DNA of 64,000 nucleotides from an uncultured Thermoleophilia bacterium (GCA_963700035.1 CAVOWE010000021.1:47441-111440); one strand, 5' to 3'. Counted from the first letter of the stretch, positions 10,688 through 20,679 are shown. Notes: a model not told the origin generated them from the sequence alone. Numbers and translations: made by a program.

Positions 10688-11242
10688 CTAGATGCGGGCC
10701 GTGCCCACGAGCTCGTGAGCGAGGTCGGTGTAGTAGGCGTGCACGCCCTGTTCGAGCTCCTCGCAGGCGATCGCCGCGAACGCGTCGCTGAGCTCCGCCA
10801 GGTCCCGCGCCGTGAGCAGTTCCTGCACGATGGGGAAGATGGCCTCTTCCTCGGCGGCGATATGCCTTTCGAGGAGGTCGAGATAGACCATGAGGTCGTG
10901 CACCAGCGACATCAGCGCGGTGCTGTCTCCGGCTTTGACCAGCGGCAGCCAGTCATACGCCGAGTCGAGGACGACGCGCATCTCGTGGTGCTCCCGCAAG
11001 AGCTCGCGCAGAGGGTAGTCGTCCCACGACAGACCCCGCCGGTGCAGCGCCGTGAAGAGCAGGTCCTCCTCTTTCGGGTCGTGGCACGAGTTGGTGAAGT
11101 AACGGAAGAAGTCCAGGAGCCGCTCCACCTCGTCTTCCGCGATCCCGCGGGTCTCGTCGGCGACTTCGAGGTCGCGCCGTGCGGCCTTGACGACCAGCAG
11201 GACCGTCCGGTGCTCCCGTTTGAGGATCTCGACGGATTCCAC
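10688..11242 (-). CDS. Hemerythrin (HHE cation-binding) domain protein
   Basis: It contains His/Glu-rich helices ILKREHR, LREHHEMRVVL and ERHIAAEEEAIFP. Confidence 0.7.
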   Translation of the reverse strand: MESVEILKREHRTVLLVVKAARRDLEVADETRGIAEDEVERLLDFFRYFTNSCHDPKEEDLLFTALHRRGLSWDDYPLRELLREHHEMRVVLDSAYDWLPLVKAGDSTALMSLVHDLMVYLDLLERHIAAEEEAIFPIVQELLTARDLAELSDAFAAIACEELEQGVHAYYTDLAHELVGTARI

Positions 11243-11402
11243 GGCTCCCCCTTTGCGCGGCCCACCGCGCGCGACGCGGCCATACTTCTACTGTGCCCCA
11301 CGTCACAAGCGGGAATCGGGCTGCGCGTGGGGTGAACGATGGAGATGGCGGGGGGGAGCGGCCCCAGAAGGCCGGCTCGGCCGGCCGCGCGGGCCGCGCA
11401 GG

Positions 11403-12363
11403 TCAGACCGAGACGCGGCGCACGTCGACCCTGTCGAGGTCCATCTCGCCGAGGCCCATGTCGTAGGCGGCCTGGACGTACGGGATGTCGCCGCCGCTCA
11501 GGTCGAAGAGTGTGGCCGCAAAGGAGTCGGCGGCGACGATGTCCGGGCTGGCGATCACGGTGTCCAGTTTCTCGACGTCGTTCAGGTCGCCGCCGGTGGG
11601 CCCGTTGGCGGTGAGGACGCGCACGGCGTCGACGACGGTCAGTGTGGGGCGACAGGCGCTGATCAGGTCGGCCGTGCGCTGGCCGATGTTGCTGTGGATG
11701 GCGCCGGGATCGAGGATCACGCCGAGCAGGTTCTTACCACCCAGGGTGAGCCTGGTCATGCCGTGGTCCTTGGCGATGGGCGCGTCGATGAGCACGTCGC
11801 AGCTGAGGATGTCGGAGTAGATGGGCCACTGCTTGAGGTCGAGTCCCGCGGGGATCGTGTAGTCGCGGAACTTGGCCGGCGCCATGAACTCCATGCTGCC
11901 ACCGGCCTTCTCGACGGCGGTCTGGATGCCGCTGACCCTGTAGGCCTCGTCCGCCTGGCTGCCGAAGGGCGAGTCCATGACGCGCACGCGGCCGGCCCCG
12001 GCGGCCAGGCACAGCCCGACCAGGGCGCCGATCACGTCGGGATTGGTGGTGGCCGCGTACTCCGGCCCGTGGTAGCCCGTGCAGATGTTGGGCTTCACGA
12101 TGACGTCGTCGCCACGCTTGACGAACGATCTTCATGCCGCCGAGAGCCTCGATGGCCGCCGCCGTGATGGCCGCGGCGTCGCCGCCGCGGGCCACGGCCA
12201 GCGGCGGCCGCCCGCGCCTCTTGGGGGGCGCGGACGTCGAGAGGCGGTCGCTCGAAGGCGGCGGAACGGCCGCCTGGGAGCCGCAGCCGGCCCCGGCCAA
12301 AGCCGTCCCGGCGACCGCCACGCCGGCGATTCTCAGGAAGTCTCTGCGGGTAAGTTCGCGCAT
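11403..12363 (-). pseudogene. TAT-exported DUF362-family lipoprotein, frame broken at 12126
   Basis: The N-terminus MRELTRRDFLRIAGVAVAGTALAGAGCGS carries a twin-arginine signal plus a lipobox Cys. GGMKI is followed by one extra nt, after which FVKRGDDVIVKPNICTG continues in the frame of ORF 11403-12098. Confidence 0.65.
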
Positions 12364-12455
12364 GACTGGGTCAAGGGTAGCAGCGACCGGGGGCGAAGAC
12401 ACCCTGTTGGGCGCACGTGAGTACCGCGATACACTTCGTGGGGGAGGGCGACGGC

Positions 12456-13190
12456 ATGGACATCGGCAAGTGCTTCAAAGACGCATGGGGGCTGTTCCGG
12501 CTCGATTGGGGACCGCTGGTGGTCACTGCGCTGATCGCGGCCGTCATCGTCGGCGTGGTCAACGTGGTCGTCGGGCTGGCCGTGGGCGGCAGCATCGGCG
12601 CCATCAACGCGGGGAGCTTCACCGGGCTGGCTATCGGGTCGGCGCTGTTCTCCATGGTCCTCCTGATGGTGGTCTCTGTGGTCGTCTATGCCTGGATGTA
12701 CGCCGTGACCTTCCACATGATCCTGCGCCGGGTAAGGGAGCGTCGCGCCGCAGAGTACGCCGATCTGCAGAGCTTCGACCAGATCGGCGCGTTCGCCGTG
12801 GCTGCCGTGATCCTCGGCATCATGATCGGCGTCGGCTACCTCCTCTTCGTCATCCCCGGCCTCATCCTCACCACGATCTGGCTGTACGCCCTGCCGCTCA
12901 TCGGCGACCGCCGCATCGGCGTGGGAGAGGCGCTGTCGGAGAGCAAAGACATGGCCGCGCGCCCCGGCTACTTCACCACTTTCGTGACCTGGCTGGTGGG
13001 CGCCATCGTGGTCGGCGTGATCGTCGGCATCCTCAGCGTCATCCCGATCGTCGGCCTGATCCTGGGCCTCGTGGCCGCGCCCTTCGGCGTGGCCTACGTG
13101 CTCAGCATGTACTTCCAGGCCAGCGGCCAGGGTCACCTGGTCGACGCGGCCGTCGCTCAGGCGCCGGCCTCCCCCGGCGCCGGAGGTTGA
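12456..13190 (+). CDS. Polytopic membrane protein, paralogue 1 of 3 (DUF975/GDPD-membrane-domain-like, uncertain)
   Basis: The start MDIGKCFKDAWGLF aligns with the starts of paralogues 2 and 3. It has multiple hydrophobic spans and ends in YFQASGQGHLVDA. Confidence 0.7.
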   Translation: MDIGKCFKDAWGLFRLDWGPLVVTALIAAVIVGVVNVVVGLAVGGSIGAINAGSFTGLAIGSALFSMVLLMVVSVVVYAWMYAVTFHMILRRVRERRAAEYADLQSFDQIGAFAVAAVILGIMIGVGYLLFVIPGLILTTIWLYALPLIGDRRIGVGEALSESKDMAARPGYFTTFVTWLVGAIVVGVIVGILSVIPIVGLILGLVAAPFGVAYVLSMYFQASGQGHLVDAAVAQAPASPGAGG

Positions 13191-13194
13191 GGCC

Positions 13195-14322
13195 GTGGAC
13201 GTCGGCAAGCTGTTCAGAGACGCGTGGGGCCTGTTCGTCAAGGACATCGGGCCGTTGATCGTGGGCATGCTGATCGCCAGCATCGTGCCCACGATCGCCG
13301 CCCTCGTGATCGCCGTGGCTGGATTCGCGACCAGCATCAGCGGTCTGCAGGTCGACGCGCAGGGCGCCGTCACGGGCGTGGAATCGGTGAACGTGGCGCT
13401 GCTCGTCATCGCCTTCGTCCTCATCATCGTGGTCACCCTGTTCCTGTCGGTGCCGCTGTACGTCGGTATCCTCATAGGCGTGTTCAGGCGGGTCCGCGAG
13501 GGTCGCGAGATGGCCTACGGCGACGCGTTCTCGGGCTTCAGCATGTTCGGCAAGGTGATCTGGGCCAGCGTGTTGCTCGGCCTCATCTTCGCGGCCATCG
13601 TCGTCGTGCCCACCGGCGTGATCGTCGGCGGGGCGATCGCCGGCTCCGGGATCCTCGCCGGGCTTGGCGCCGTCGTCCTTCTGGCGGCCATGGTCGCCTG
13701 CGCGTACCTCGCGATCGCGTGGGTGTACGTGTTCCCGGTGATCGTCGACCGCGGCCTCGGAGTGACCGAGGCCATGGGCGAGAGCCGACGCCTGGTCCAC
13801 GGCACCGGCTGGTGGTGGACTTTCCTCGTGCTGTTCCTGCTCCAGCTCGTCGTCGGCGCCGTCAGCTTCGCACTCGGGCTCATCCCGGTCATCGGCGCGA
13901 TCGCCACGATCGTGCTGTACCCGTTCGTACTTACCTACGTCGTGGCCATGTACTTCCAGGCGCGCAGCGAGGGCCAGCTCGTCGACGCGGTGCTCGGCTG
14001 GCCGCGGCAGGCGCCCGTCGGGCCGCCGGCGTACTCGACGACGGCGGCGCCGTACGGCACGGCGCCGCTCCCACCGGCGCCGCCGCCCTACGGCGCGCCG
14101 CCGGCCGCGCCGCCGCCGGCCGTAGGACAAGGACAGGCCTACGCGCCGGCCCCGCCGCCACTCACGCCGCCGGCGTATCCTGCCGCCGAGGCGCATGAGT
14201 CGGAGCCGCCGGCGACGCAGACCGCGGTGACGCAGCCGGCCCCGCCGCAAGCGCCGGCGCGGCCGGCGACACCCGAAGCTCCGCCGGCTCCCGAACCCCC
14301 TGGGTCCAGCGTGGGGGCGTGA
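13195..14322 (+). CDS. Polytopic membrane protein, paralogue 2 of 3, with ~110-aa Pro/Ala-rich tail
   Basis: It starts at GTG 13195 (MDVGKLFRDAWGLF). It shares YFQARSEGQLVDA with paralogue 1. The tail is rich in PPxYG/PAPP motifs. Confidence 0.75.
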   Translation: MDVGKLFRDAWGLFVKDIGPLIVGMLIASIVPTIAALVIAVAGFATSISGLQVDAQGAVTGVESVNVALLVIAFVLIIVVTLFLSVPLYVGILIGVFRRVREGREMAYGDAFSGFSMFGKVIWASVLLGLIFAAIVVVPTGVIVGGAIAGSGILAGLGAVVLLAAMVACAYLAIAWVYVFPVIVDRGLGVTEAMGESRRLVHGTGWWWTFLVLFLLQLVVGAVSFALGLIPVIGAIATIVLYPFVLTYVVAMYFQARSEGQLVDAVLGWPRQAPVGPPAYSTTAAPYGTAPLPPAPPPYGAPPAAPPPAVGQGQAYAPAPPPLTPPAYPAAEAHESEPPATQTAVTQPAPPQAPARPATPEAPPAPEPPGSSVGA

Positions 14323-14445
14323 GGCGTGGCCACGGCGAGCTCAGCGGGGCAGAGTAGGTGACAGCGAGGCCGAAGTAGGGCAGGGTAGCTCGCGGTACGA
14401 CCGCCAGAGAGGTGCGCCGGCAGGCGCGCATACGGGGAGGGACGC

Positions 14446-15576
14446 ATGAGTATCGGCGATGTGATCGCCAAAGCGTGGGAGCTGTGGCGCCGAGACGTGG
14501 GGTGGTTGATCCTCGCGGGCCTCGTGGTGGGCTTGATCATGTTGGCCATCTTCGCGGTGGTGTTCGCGATCTTCGCGGCGCTCTTCGCCGGCGCAAGCCT
14601 CACGTTCGGCGCCGACATGTTGAACGATGACTCCGGGACGCTGGGCGCGATGGGCGCGGGCATGATCGTCTTTGCCGTCATCGTCTACATCGTCGCCATG
14701 TTCCTTGTCCAGGTGGTCGCCATGGTGTTCTACGGCGGCGTGTTCGAGATGGTGATCGGCGCCGCGCGCGGCGACCGCGGCGTCGAGTTCGGCGATCTCT
14801 TCAGCGGCTTCCGCAAGTTCGGGGCGTACGCGCTGTTCGCGCTGGTGCTGTTCGGCATCTCCATCGGCACCAGCGTCCTCGGCATCATCCCGCTGATCGG
14901 CGGCATCATCGGCCTCGTGATCAGCATCTGGATCGGCGTGATATGGCTGTACGTACTGCCTCTGATCGCCGACCAGGGGCTGGGCTTCGGCGACGCCGCC
15001 AAGCGCAGCCAGGAGATGGTGAAGGGTGTCGGCTGGTGGCGGACCTTCGGCATGGTGGTCGTTCTCGGCGTCGCCGTCACCTTGGCGGCGCTGGTCATCG
15101 TCCTGATCGCCATCCTCGTCGCGCGCGGCAGCGAAGGGGCGGGTATCGCGCTGGGCTTCTTCCTCTTCCTGGTGTTCGCCGTGCTCGTGCCGCCGTACGT
15201 GATCTGCTACGTCAGCACGATGTACCTGGGGTCGGCCGGCGAGGCGGTTCGTGTGCCGGCCGCGGGCTACGGCATGCCGGCTCCGCCGGTCTACGGCAGC
15301 GCTCCGTACGTCACGCCGCCCGCCGGCGGCCAGATGTATCAGCCGGCCGCGCCGCCGCCCATCGCGCCGCCCGCCGGTCAGGGCGCTGTGACCGCCGCCA
15401 CCGTGGCCGGCACGGGGCCGGCGCCAGCCCACGGCGGACGCCGACGCGTGGAAGGCCGCCGCCGACCCGCTTGGCTGGCGCAGCCGCCGGCCGCCAAGCC
15501 GCCGGCGGTCGAGCCTGCCACGGAAGTCCCGGAGGCGCCGGAAGCTCCTCCGGCTCCGGAAGAGCCGAGGACCTGA
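14446..15576 (+). CDS. Polytopic membrane protein, paralogue 3 of 3, with Pro/Ala-rich tail
   Basis: It starts MSIGDVIAKAWELW and has the same topology-like layout as the other two. The shared motifs are LPLIADQGLG and GWWRTF. Confidence 0.75.
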   Translation: MSIGDVIAKAWELWRRDVGWLILAGLVVGLIMLAIFAVVFAIFAALFAGASLTFGADMLNDDSGTLGAMGAGMIVFAVIVYIVAMFLVQVVAMVFYGGVFEMVIGAARGDRGVEFGDLFSGFRKFGAYALFALVLFGISIGTSVLGIIPLIGGIIGLVISIWIGVIWLYVLPLIADQGLGFGDAAKRSQEMVKGVGWWRTFGMVVVLGVAVTLAALVIVLIAILVARGSEGAGIALGFFLFLVFAVLVPPYVICYVSTMYLGSAGEAVRVPAAGYGMPAPPVYGSAPYVTPPAGGQMYQPAAPPPIAPPAGQGAVTAATVAGTGPAPAHGGRRRVEGRRRPAWLAQPPAAKPPAVEPATEVPEAPEAPPAPEEPRT

Positions 15577-15613
15577 CCAGTCGCGGGCTGCCGCCCGCGT
15601 CCGCATGTCGCCG

Positions 15614-15643
15614 GGGGCGGCGGCGCGCACGCGCCGCCGCCCC
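15614..15643 (+). terminator. Hairpin downstream of paralogue 3
   Basis: GGGGCGGCGGCGCG-CA-CGCGCCGCCGCCCC forms a perfect 14-nt inverted repeat. It is followed by TCGTTCGTGTC. Confidence 0.45.
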
Positions 15644-15784
15644 TCGTTCGTGTCGCCGTCGTCGCTGCTCGCGTTGCGGCGTCTCTTCAGAGCTCTGCGG
15701 CCCGGCGGGCTCCCCTGCTAGACTCAGCCCATGAGGTGAGTGCGCTCAGAGAGCGTCGGTGGCGTCCGACGGAGAGGAGACGTG

Positions 15785-16750
15785 ATGGCGGCAAACGGGC
15801 TGGTCCGCTGGGAAGAGGTCCCCGGCAGGAGAGTCGAAGTCGGGCCGTTGTGCGCCACCTGGACCGACCTCGGCAAGGCCGGCGGGAGCGTCGCTACCGG
15901 CCTCAAGCGCATCCAGATCGAGCCGGGCCGGCGGTCGACGCCGGCCCACGTCCACGACGCCGAGGAGGAGATCTTCTACGTCCTCGGCGGAGACGGTCTC
16001 AGCTGGCAGGACGGTGAGACGTGCAAGGTGATGGCCGGCGACTGCATCGTCCATGTCGCCGGAGGGGCGGCGCATACGCTGATCGCCGGCGAGCAGGGCC
16101 TTGACGTCTTCGTGTTCGGCACGCGCCGGGCGGCGCCCATAGCGCGCTTGCCGCGCGCCGGCGTGTCCTGGCTCGGACAGAGCTGGGTCGAGATCGGCGG
16201 GGAACCGCACCCTTGGGGCCGCGAGGTCGCCGCCGGCGAACTGGTGGTCCCCGAGCCCGGCGAGCGGCCGGCGAACGTGGTGTCGGTCGACGCCGTCGAT
16301 GAGGTGGAGACCGCCTTCGGCGATACCCATCGCAAGGAGCGAGCACTCGGCCGCGCCGGCGGGTCCCGGGCCACCGGGCTGAATCACGTGACGGTCGTGC
16401 ACAACCGTCAGAACTGCCCGCCACACGTCCACGCGGCGGAAGAGGAGATGTTCGTCGTGCTGAAGGGCGAGGGCAACCTGCTGCTCTACGACTGCGACAC
16501 AAGGCCGCAGGCGCCGCCGACGCTCTACGCGGTGAGCGCCGGCGACCTGCTGGTGCGTCCCGCCGGGAGCGGGGTCGCCCACGCGTTCCTGGCGAACGCG
16601 CTCGGCCTCACTCTTCTCGCGTATGGAGAGCGGCGCAGCGACGAGATGACATACTACCCACGCTCGGGCAAGGTGCGCTTTCGCGGTCTCGGCGTGACCG
16701 GGCGGCTCGAGCTCTGCGGCTACTGGGACGGGGAGCCGCCGGGCTCCTGA
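15785..16750 (+). CDS. Bicupin protein
   Basis: Two cupin cores are present, HVHDAEEEIFYVLGG and HVHAAEEEMFVVLKG. The start is ATG 15785, just downstream of GGAGAGGAG. Confidence 0.7.
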   Translation: MAANGLVRWEEVPGRRVEVGPLCATWTDLGKAGGSVATGLKRIQIEPGRRSTPAHVHDAEEEIFYVLGGDGLSWQDGETCKVMAGDCIVHVAGGAAHTLIAGEQGLDVFVFGTRRAAPIARLPRAGVSWLGQSWVEIGGEPHPWGREVAAGELVVPEPGERPANVVSVDAVDEVETAFGDTHRKERALGRAGGSRATGLNHVTVVHNRQNCPPHVHAAEEEMFVVLKGEGNLLLYDCDTRPQAPPTLYAVSAGDLLVRPAGSGVAHAFLANALGLTLLAYGERRSDEMTYYPRSGKVRFRGLGVTGRLELCGYWDGEPPGS

Positions 16751-16966
16751 GGCGCGGTCCAGGCAGCGCCGGTTCGCTGCTGAATCAATTCAATGAAGAT
16801 ACTCGAATGAAGAGTTACTTCATGGATGTGTAAGTTTGTCCGTCTGCGGGCAGAAGAGGTGCAGGCGACGCCGTCAGAGGCACTGAGATGGTCCTCCCGG
16901 CTCAGCTCACCACCGCAGGTGGTCCCGTCTTCCCACGCTGCGGACACACATCTATGGAGGTCCACA

Positions 16967-17507
16967 ATGAAGCGCTGGTCCATCGCAATCGTCATCGCAC
17001 TCCTCGTAGCAGTACCGCTCGTCCTCGCCGCCTGCGGCAGCAGCAGTGACGAAGCAACCCCCGCCGCTTCTCCCTCGCCGTCGATGGTGTTGAAGGACAT
17101 CGTCGATACCGCCGTCGAGGCCGGCGACTTCACGACCCTCGTGAGCGCCGTGACGGCCGCTGACCTGGTCGATACGCTCAAGGGAGAAGGTCCCTACACG
17201 GTCTTCGCCCCGACCGACGCGGCCTTCGCAGCCGTGCCCAAGGAGACCCTCGACGCCCTGCTTGCCGATCCGAAGGGCGCCCTGACGGACGTCCTCACCT
17301 ACCACGTCGCATCGGGCAAGGTCATGGCGAGCGATCTCAGCGACGGCATGATGATCGACACCGTGAACGGCGCTCAGCTCGAGGTCAAGATCAAGCGCCG
17401 ACGGCACCGTGATGATCGGCGACGCGACCGTCACCACCGCCGACATCGAGACGTCGAACGGCGTCATCCACGTGATCGACACGGTGCTCGTGCCGCCGGC
17501 CATGTAA
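16967..17507 (+). pseudogene. Fasciclin (FAS1) domain lipoprotein, frame broken at 17396
   Basis: The signal/lipobox is LVLAACGS and the FAS1 motif is [10 protein letters not shown]. After LEVKIK there is one extra nt. [36 protein letters not shown] then reads in another frame to TAA 17505-17507. Confidence 0.75.
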
Positions 17508-17535
17508 GGACGCCTCGCTTCACGCACACCGCACA

Positions 17536-17568
17536 GCGGCCGGCGGCGCCTCAGGCGCCGCCGGCCGC
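17536..17568. terminator. Bidirectional hairpin between convergent genes
   Basis: GCGGCCGGCGGCGCC-TCA-GGCGCCGCCGGCCGC forms a perfect 15-bp stem, followed by TTCTCG. Confidence 0.5.
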
Positions 17569-17585
17569 TTCTCGTGCACCACGGG

Positions 17586-18824
17586 TCAGTGCAGGCGCTT
17601 GCGCAGCACCTTCCAGGCCGCAGGGTCTTCCTGGCCCATTGTCCAGCAGTACACGCCGCGGATGTGCGGGTGCTGCTCGAGGAGCATCAGCAGCTTGGCG
17701 TCGATGGCCTTGGCGTCGGGGAAGAAGGCTGTGTGCCGGGCGCCGTCGCGGCTGTAGGAGAGCATGAGCTCGGCCGAGGGGCCGCGCGCAGCGCGCGGCT
17801 TGTCGGCCGAGCGGATCCGCTCGACGTCCGCCCACACCAGATCGGTGGTCTGGGCGCCGCGCCAGTCACGGCCGTAGAAGCCGACGCCCATGACGATCTT
17901 GCGCGGTTTCACCTGGGTCTCGGCGAAATCGAGCACTCTGTCCATCCACGCGGGGGGTGAGAGCGGGCCGGGCCCGGACCAGGACCCCGAGAAGTTGTAG
18001 GTCATCACGCGGAACTGGTCGACGGCCCGGCCCAGGCGCCGCCAGTCCTGCGCTCGCGGTCCGTCCCATCCGCCGGGCTCGCGGGTCTTGGGGTAGACGT
18101 CGACGGCGATGAGGCGCCCATCCTTGTGGAGCCGCCGGGCGAGCTCCTCGACGAACGCCGAGTAGCTGTTGCGCTGCCCGGCCGTGAGCGCCTCCCAGTC
18201 GACGTCCACGCCGTCCACGTCGTGGTCGCGGCACCAGTCGGCCACGGCCGCGACGTGGCGACGGCGAGTCTCCGCCGTGGTCAGGATCGCGGCCGCGATC
18301 GCCGGGTCGAACTGGAGGATCGCCTCGTCGTAGTCGGTGAGAGTGACGATCACGCGGCAGTCCTTGTCGCGCGCCTCCGCGATGAATCCGGCATCGGCTT
18401 TGGGTGCCGTCACGCTGCCGTCGGCGCGCGACTGCAGCCAGTCGACGCTCACCTCGTCGATGGCGCCGGCGTCGACCGCGCGCTCCAGCGAGTCGCGGTC
18501 GCCGAAGGTCCAGGCGCCGATGAGGTAGGGGCCGTGGGGGCGCTCGTCCTCGAGGGCGCTGGCGAGCGCGAAGACGACGGCCAGCGCGGCGAGACCGACG
18601 CCGATGATGACGACGAGGGCCGGCACCCGCGGCCGGCGCGGATGCCGGCGCGACGGCCGGCGAGTGGCGCCGGCGCCGCCGTTCGCATCTGTCTCGCGAG
18701 TCGCCACGCCTTCATCATGACGCCTGACCGGTCGCCTGTGAAACCGGCCCCCGTGCGAAGCGCCGGCGGGTGCGGGTTGCCCGCGTGCCCGGCGTGGGTA
18801 TGCACCGTGCACAGACCACTCCAT
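17586..18824 (-). CDS. Membrane-anchored glycoside hydrolase family 18 (chitinase-like)
   Basis: The GH18 catalytic motif DGVDVDWE is present. An N-terminal TM segment is [20 protein letters not shown]. The true start is uncertain and may be an internal GTG near 18710. Confidence 0.75.
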   Translation of the reverse strand: MEWSVHGAYPRRARGQPAPAGASHGGRFHRRPVRRHDEGVATRETDANGGAGATRRPSRRHPRRPRVPALVVIIGVGLAALAVVFALASALEDERPHGPYLIGAWTFGDRDSLERAVDAGAIDEVSVDWLQSRADGSVTAPKADAGFIAEARDKDCRVIVTLTDYDEAILQFDPAIAAAILTTAETRRRHVAAVADWCRDHDVDGVDVDWEALTAGQRNSYSAFVEELARRLHKDGRLIAVDVYPKTREPGGWDGPRAQDWRRLGRAVDQFRVMTYNFSGSWSGPGPLSPPAWMDRVLDFAETQVKPRKIVMGVGFYGRDWRGAQTTDLVWADVERIRSADKPRAARGPSAELMLSYSRDGARHTAFFPDAKAIDAKLLMLLEQHPHIRGVYCWTMGQEDPAAWKVLRKRLH

Positions 18825-18844
18825 TCCGACCAGCGAGGTTTCCC

Positions 18845-19405
18845 GTGAAGGAGAAGCTCGGCGCCACCAACGCTCTCTACCCGCTCGTCACTGCCATCGT
18901 CGGCGCGACCGTCGACGGCAAGCCGGATTTCGCCACCATCGCCCACGTGGGCATCGCTCATCTCAAGGGCATCACGCTCGGCATGGGCAGGATCCATCTC
19001 ACCAACGAAGGCATCAAGGCCAACCGCACGTTCAGCGTCAACCTGCCGTCGGAGGACATGATGGTGGTCACCGACCACATCGGCATGGTCAGCGGCCGTA
19101 AGGAGGACAAGAGCGGGATCTTCGACGTCTTCTACGGAGAGCTCGACACGGCGCCGATGATCGAGCAATGCAAGGTCACCATGGAGCTGAAGCTCATCGA
19201 GCACATCGAGATGCCGACGCACGATCTCTTCGTCGGCGAGGTCGTCGGCACCTACGCCGACATCGAGGTGCTCACCAACGGCATCGTCGATATCGCCAAG
19301 CTCAAGCCGCTGCTCTTCGACATGTCAAGCAAGAAGTACTGGGGCCTGGGCAAGCCGCTGGCCAAGTGCTGGAGCGTGGGGAAGGACTACGCGGCGAAGG
19401 CCTGA
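18845..19405 (+). CDS. Flavin reductase-like (FMN-binding split-barrel) protein
   Basis: The tracked ORF is 18770-19405. The likely start is GTG 18845, downstream of GAGG. The family-like segment is LYPLVTAIVGATVDGKPDFATIAH. Confidence 0.65.
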   Translation: MKEKLGATNALYPLVTAIVGATVDGKPDFATIAHVGIAHLKGITLGMGRIHLTNEGIKANRTFSVNLPSEDMMVVTDHIGMVSGRKEDKSGIFDVFYGELDTAPMIEQCKVTMELKLIEHIEMPTHDLFVGEVVGTYADIEVLTNGIVDIAKLKPLLFDMSSKKYWGLGKPLAKCWSVGKDYAAKA

Positions 19406-19442
19406 GCCGGCTGGCCGGCTGCGCCGCCGCCGGCCGACGCGC

Positions 19443-20048
19443 TCACGGCGCCAGCGACACCTTCGTGGCGGTGGTCGACTTGGTGCCGCTCTTGTTCACG
19501 TAGTAGACCTCGATGGCGTTGACCGCGGCCAGCGTGTTCCAGCAGGCGATGATGCAGCCCTTGAGGTTGTTGCGGATCGCGACGCTCTGGGTCTGGAAGC
19601 TCGCGTAGCGACAGCCTGTCGCGTTCGTGATGAGCACCGCCGGGTTCGCGTTGGCGGCGCTGAGGTTCGCACTCGTGAGGTTGAGGATCGTCTTCTTGCC
19701 CGAGTACGGGTTGGCGATGCCGTCCCCGTTGCTGTCCGCGACGCCGTTCTCCAGGATGGACTCGAGGGCGTTGCTGAGGTTCTGCGTGGCGGCCAGTTTG
19801 TAGGCGGCGCTGGTCGGCACGGTGCTGACGCTTGCCCTGTACGTCTTGCTGAGGCCACTCTCCGTGAGGCACGTGGTGGCGTGGACCACCACGAGGCGGG
19901 CGCTGGCCTTGAGTGAAGTCTCCTTGGCCTTGTTGCGTTGGGCCGCGTACACGGGGATGGCGATGGCCGCGAGGATGCCGATGATGATGACGACGATGAG
20001 CAGCTCGATGAGCGTGAAGCCGCGCTCTCGTGTCGGTCTCCCGCGCAT
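19443..20048 (-). CDS. Type IV pilin-like protein (prepilin N-terminal cleavage/methylation domain)
   Basis: The class III signal is RERG|FTLIELLIVVIIIGILAAIAIP, with Glu at position +5. GAGAGGG lies upstream of the ATG. Local GC is lower than in the flanks. Confidence 0.85.
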   Translation of the reverse strand: MRGRPTRERGFTLIELLIVVIIIGILAAIAIPVYAAQRNKAKETSLKASARLVVVHATTCLTESGLSKTYRASVSTVPTSAAYKLAATQNLSNALESILENGVADSNGDGIANPYSGKKTILNLTSANLSAANANPAVLITNATGCRYASFQTQSVAIRNNLKGCIIACWNTLAAVNAIEVYYVNKSGTKSTTATKVSLAP

Positions 20049-20249
20049 CTTGCCCTCTCATGTGAATGGGTGACGACTGCGTGCCGTCACACTCACTCTG
20101 CCCGTGTCGCGCGCTCCGCGCCTGGGTCATTCGTCCAGAACGCCCGTATGCAGCCCCTATCGGCACCACGCGCGAGGGGCTTGAGCAGGGGTGGTGATGG
20201 CCGGGGCTCGACAGGGACGGCAGCGCGTGCTAGGTGGCCGCGCCCTTCC

Positions 20250-20585
20250 TCAGCAGCCCGGGCCCGGCTGCGGGCGGGCGCGCCGCTCGGCGACGAAGTC
20301 GCGGAACGCCTCGAGGGAGGCGTCGAAGCGCTCCCAGTCGATCGAGTAGTAGGTGCGCGTGCCCTCGCTCCTGGTGCGCACGAACCCGGCGTCCCGCAGG
20401 ATGGCGAGATGATGCGAGACGAGCGGCTGGCTGGCGTCGCCGTCCGCGGTGAGCTCGCAGACACAGCGCTCGCCGCTCAGGAGCTGCTCGACGAGGCCTG
20501 CCCTGGTGGCGTTGCAGAACGCTTTGAAGAAGGGAACGAAGTCGTCGATGGCGGTCGGCGGCTGCGGGTCGAAGCCGTGATCCAC
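20250..20585 (-). CDS. arsR: ArsR/SmtB family transcriptional regulator
   Basis: It has the metal-site context ERCVCELT and the HTH segment QPLVSHHLAILRDAGFV. It is divergent from the ACR3 operon. Confidence 0.85.
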   Translation of the reverse strand: MDHGFDPQPPTAIDDFVPFFKAFCNATRAGLVEQLLSGERCVCELTADGDASQPLVSHHLAILRDAGFVRTRSEGTRTYYSIDWERFDASLEAFRDFVAERRARPQPGPGC

Positions 20586-20679
20586 GGCGTCTCCTCAAGA
20601 GCAGGGCAGAGTCGATCGTGCGACGATCTTACATCCACTTTCCTTTATGGTCAATCCATGCTTATATAAACGCAGACAG

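Noticed and set aside
13900-15576. Pro/Ala-rich periodic DNA (the tails of the membrane paralogues) as a possible repeat array or CRISPR-like structure.
   Set aside because: There are no exact direct repeats with unique spacers. The periodicity comes from codons for low-complexity PAPP-type protein tails.
12333-15630. Three long - strand ORFs (12333-13475, 13102-14250 and 14341-15630).
   Set aside because: They are antisense to the three membrane-protein paralogues. They are extremely Arg/Asp/His/Gly-rich. The + strand products are hydrophobic and mutually homologous.
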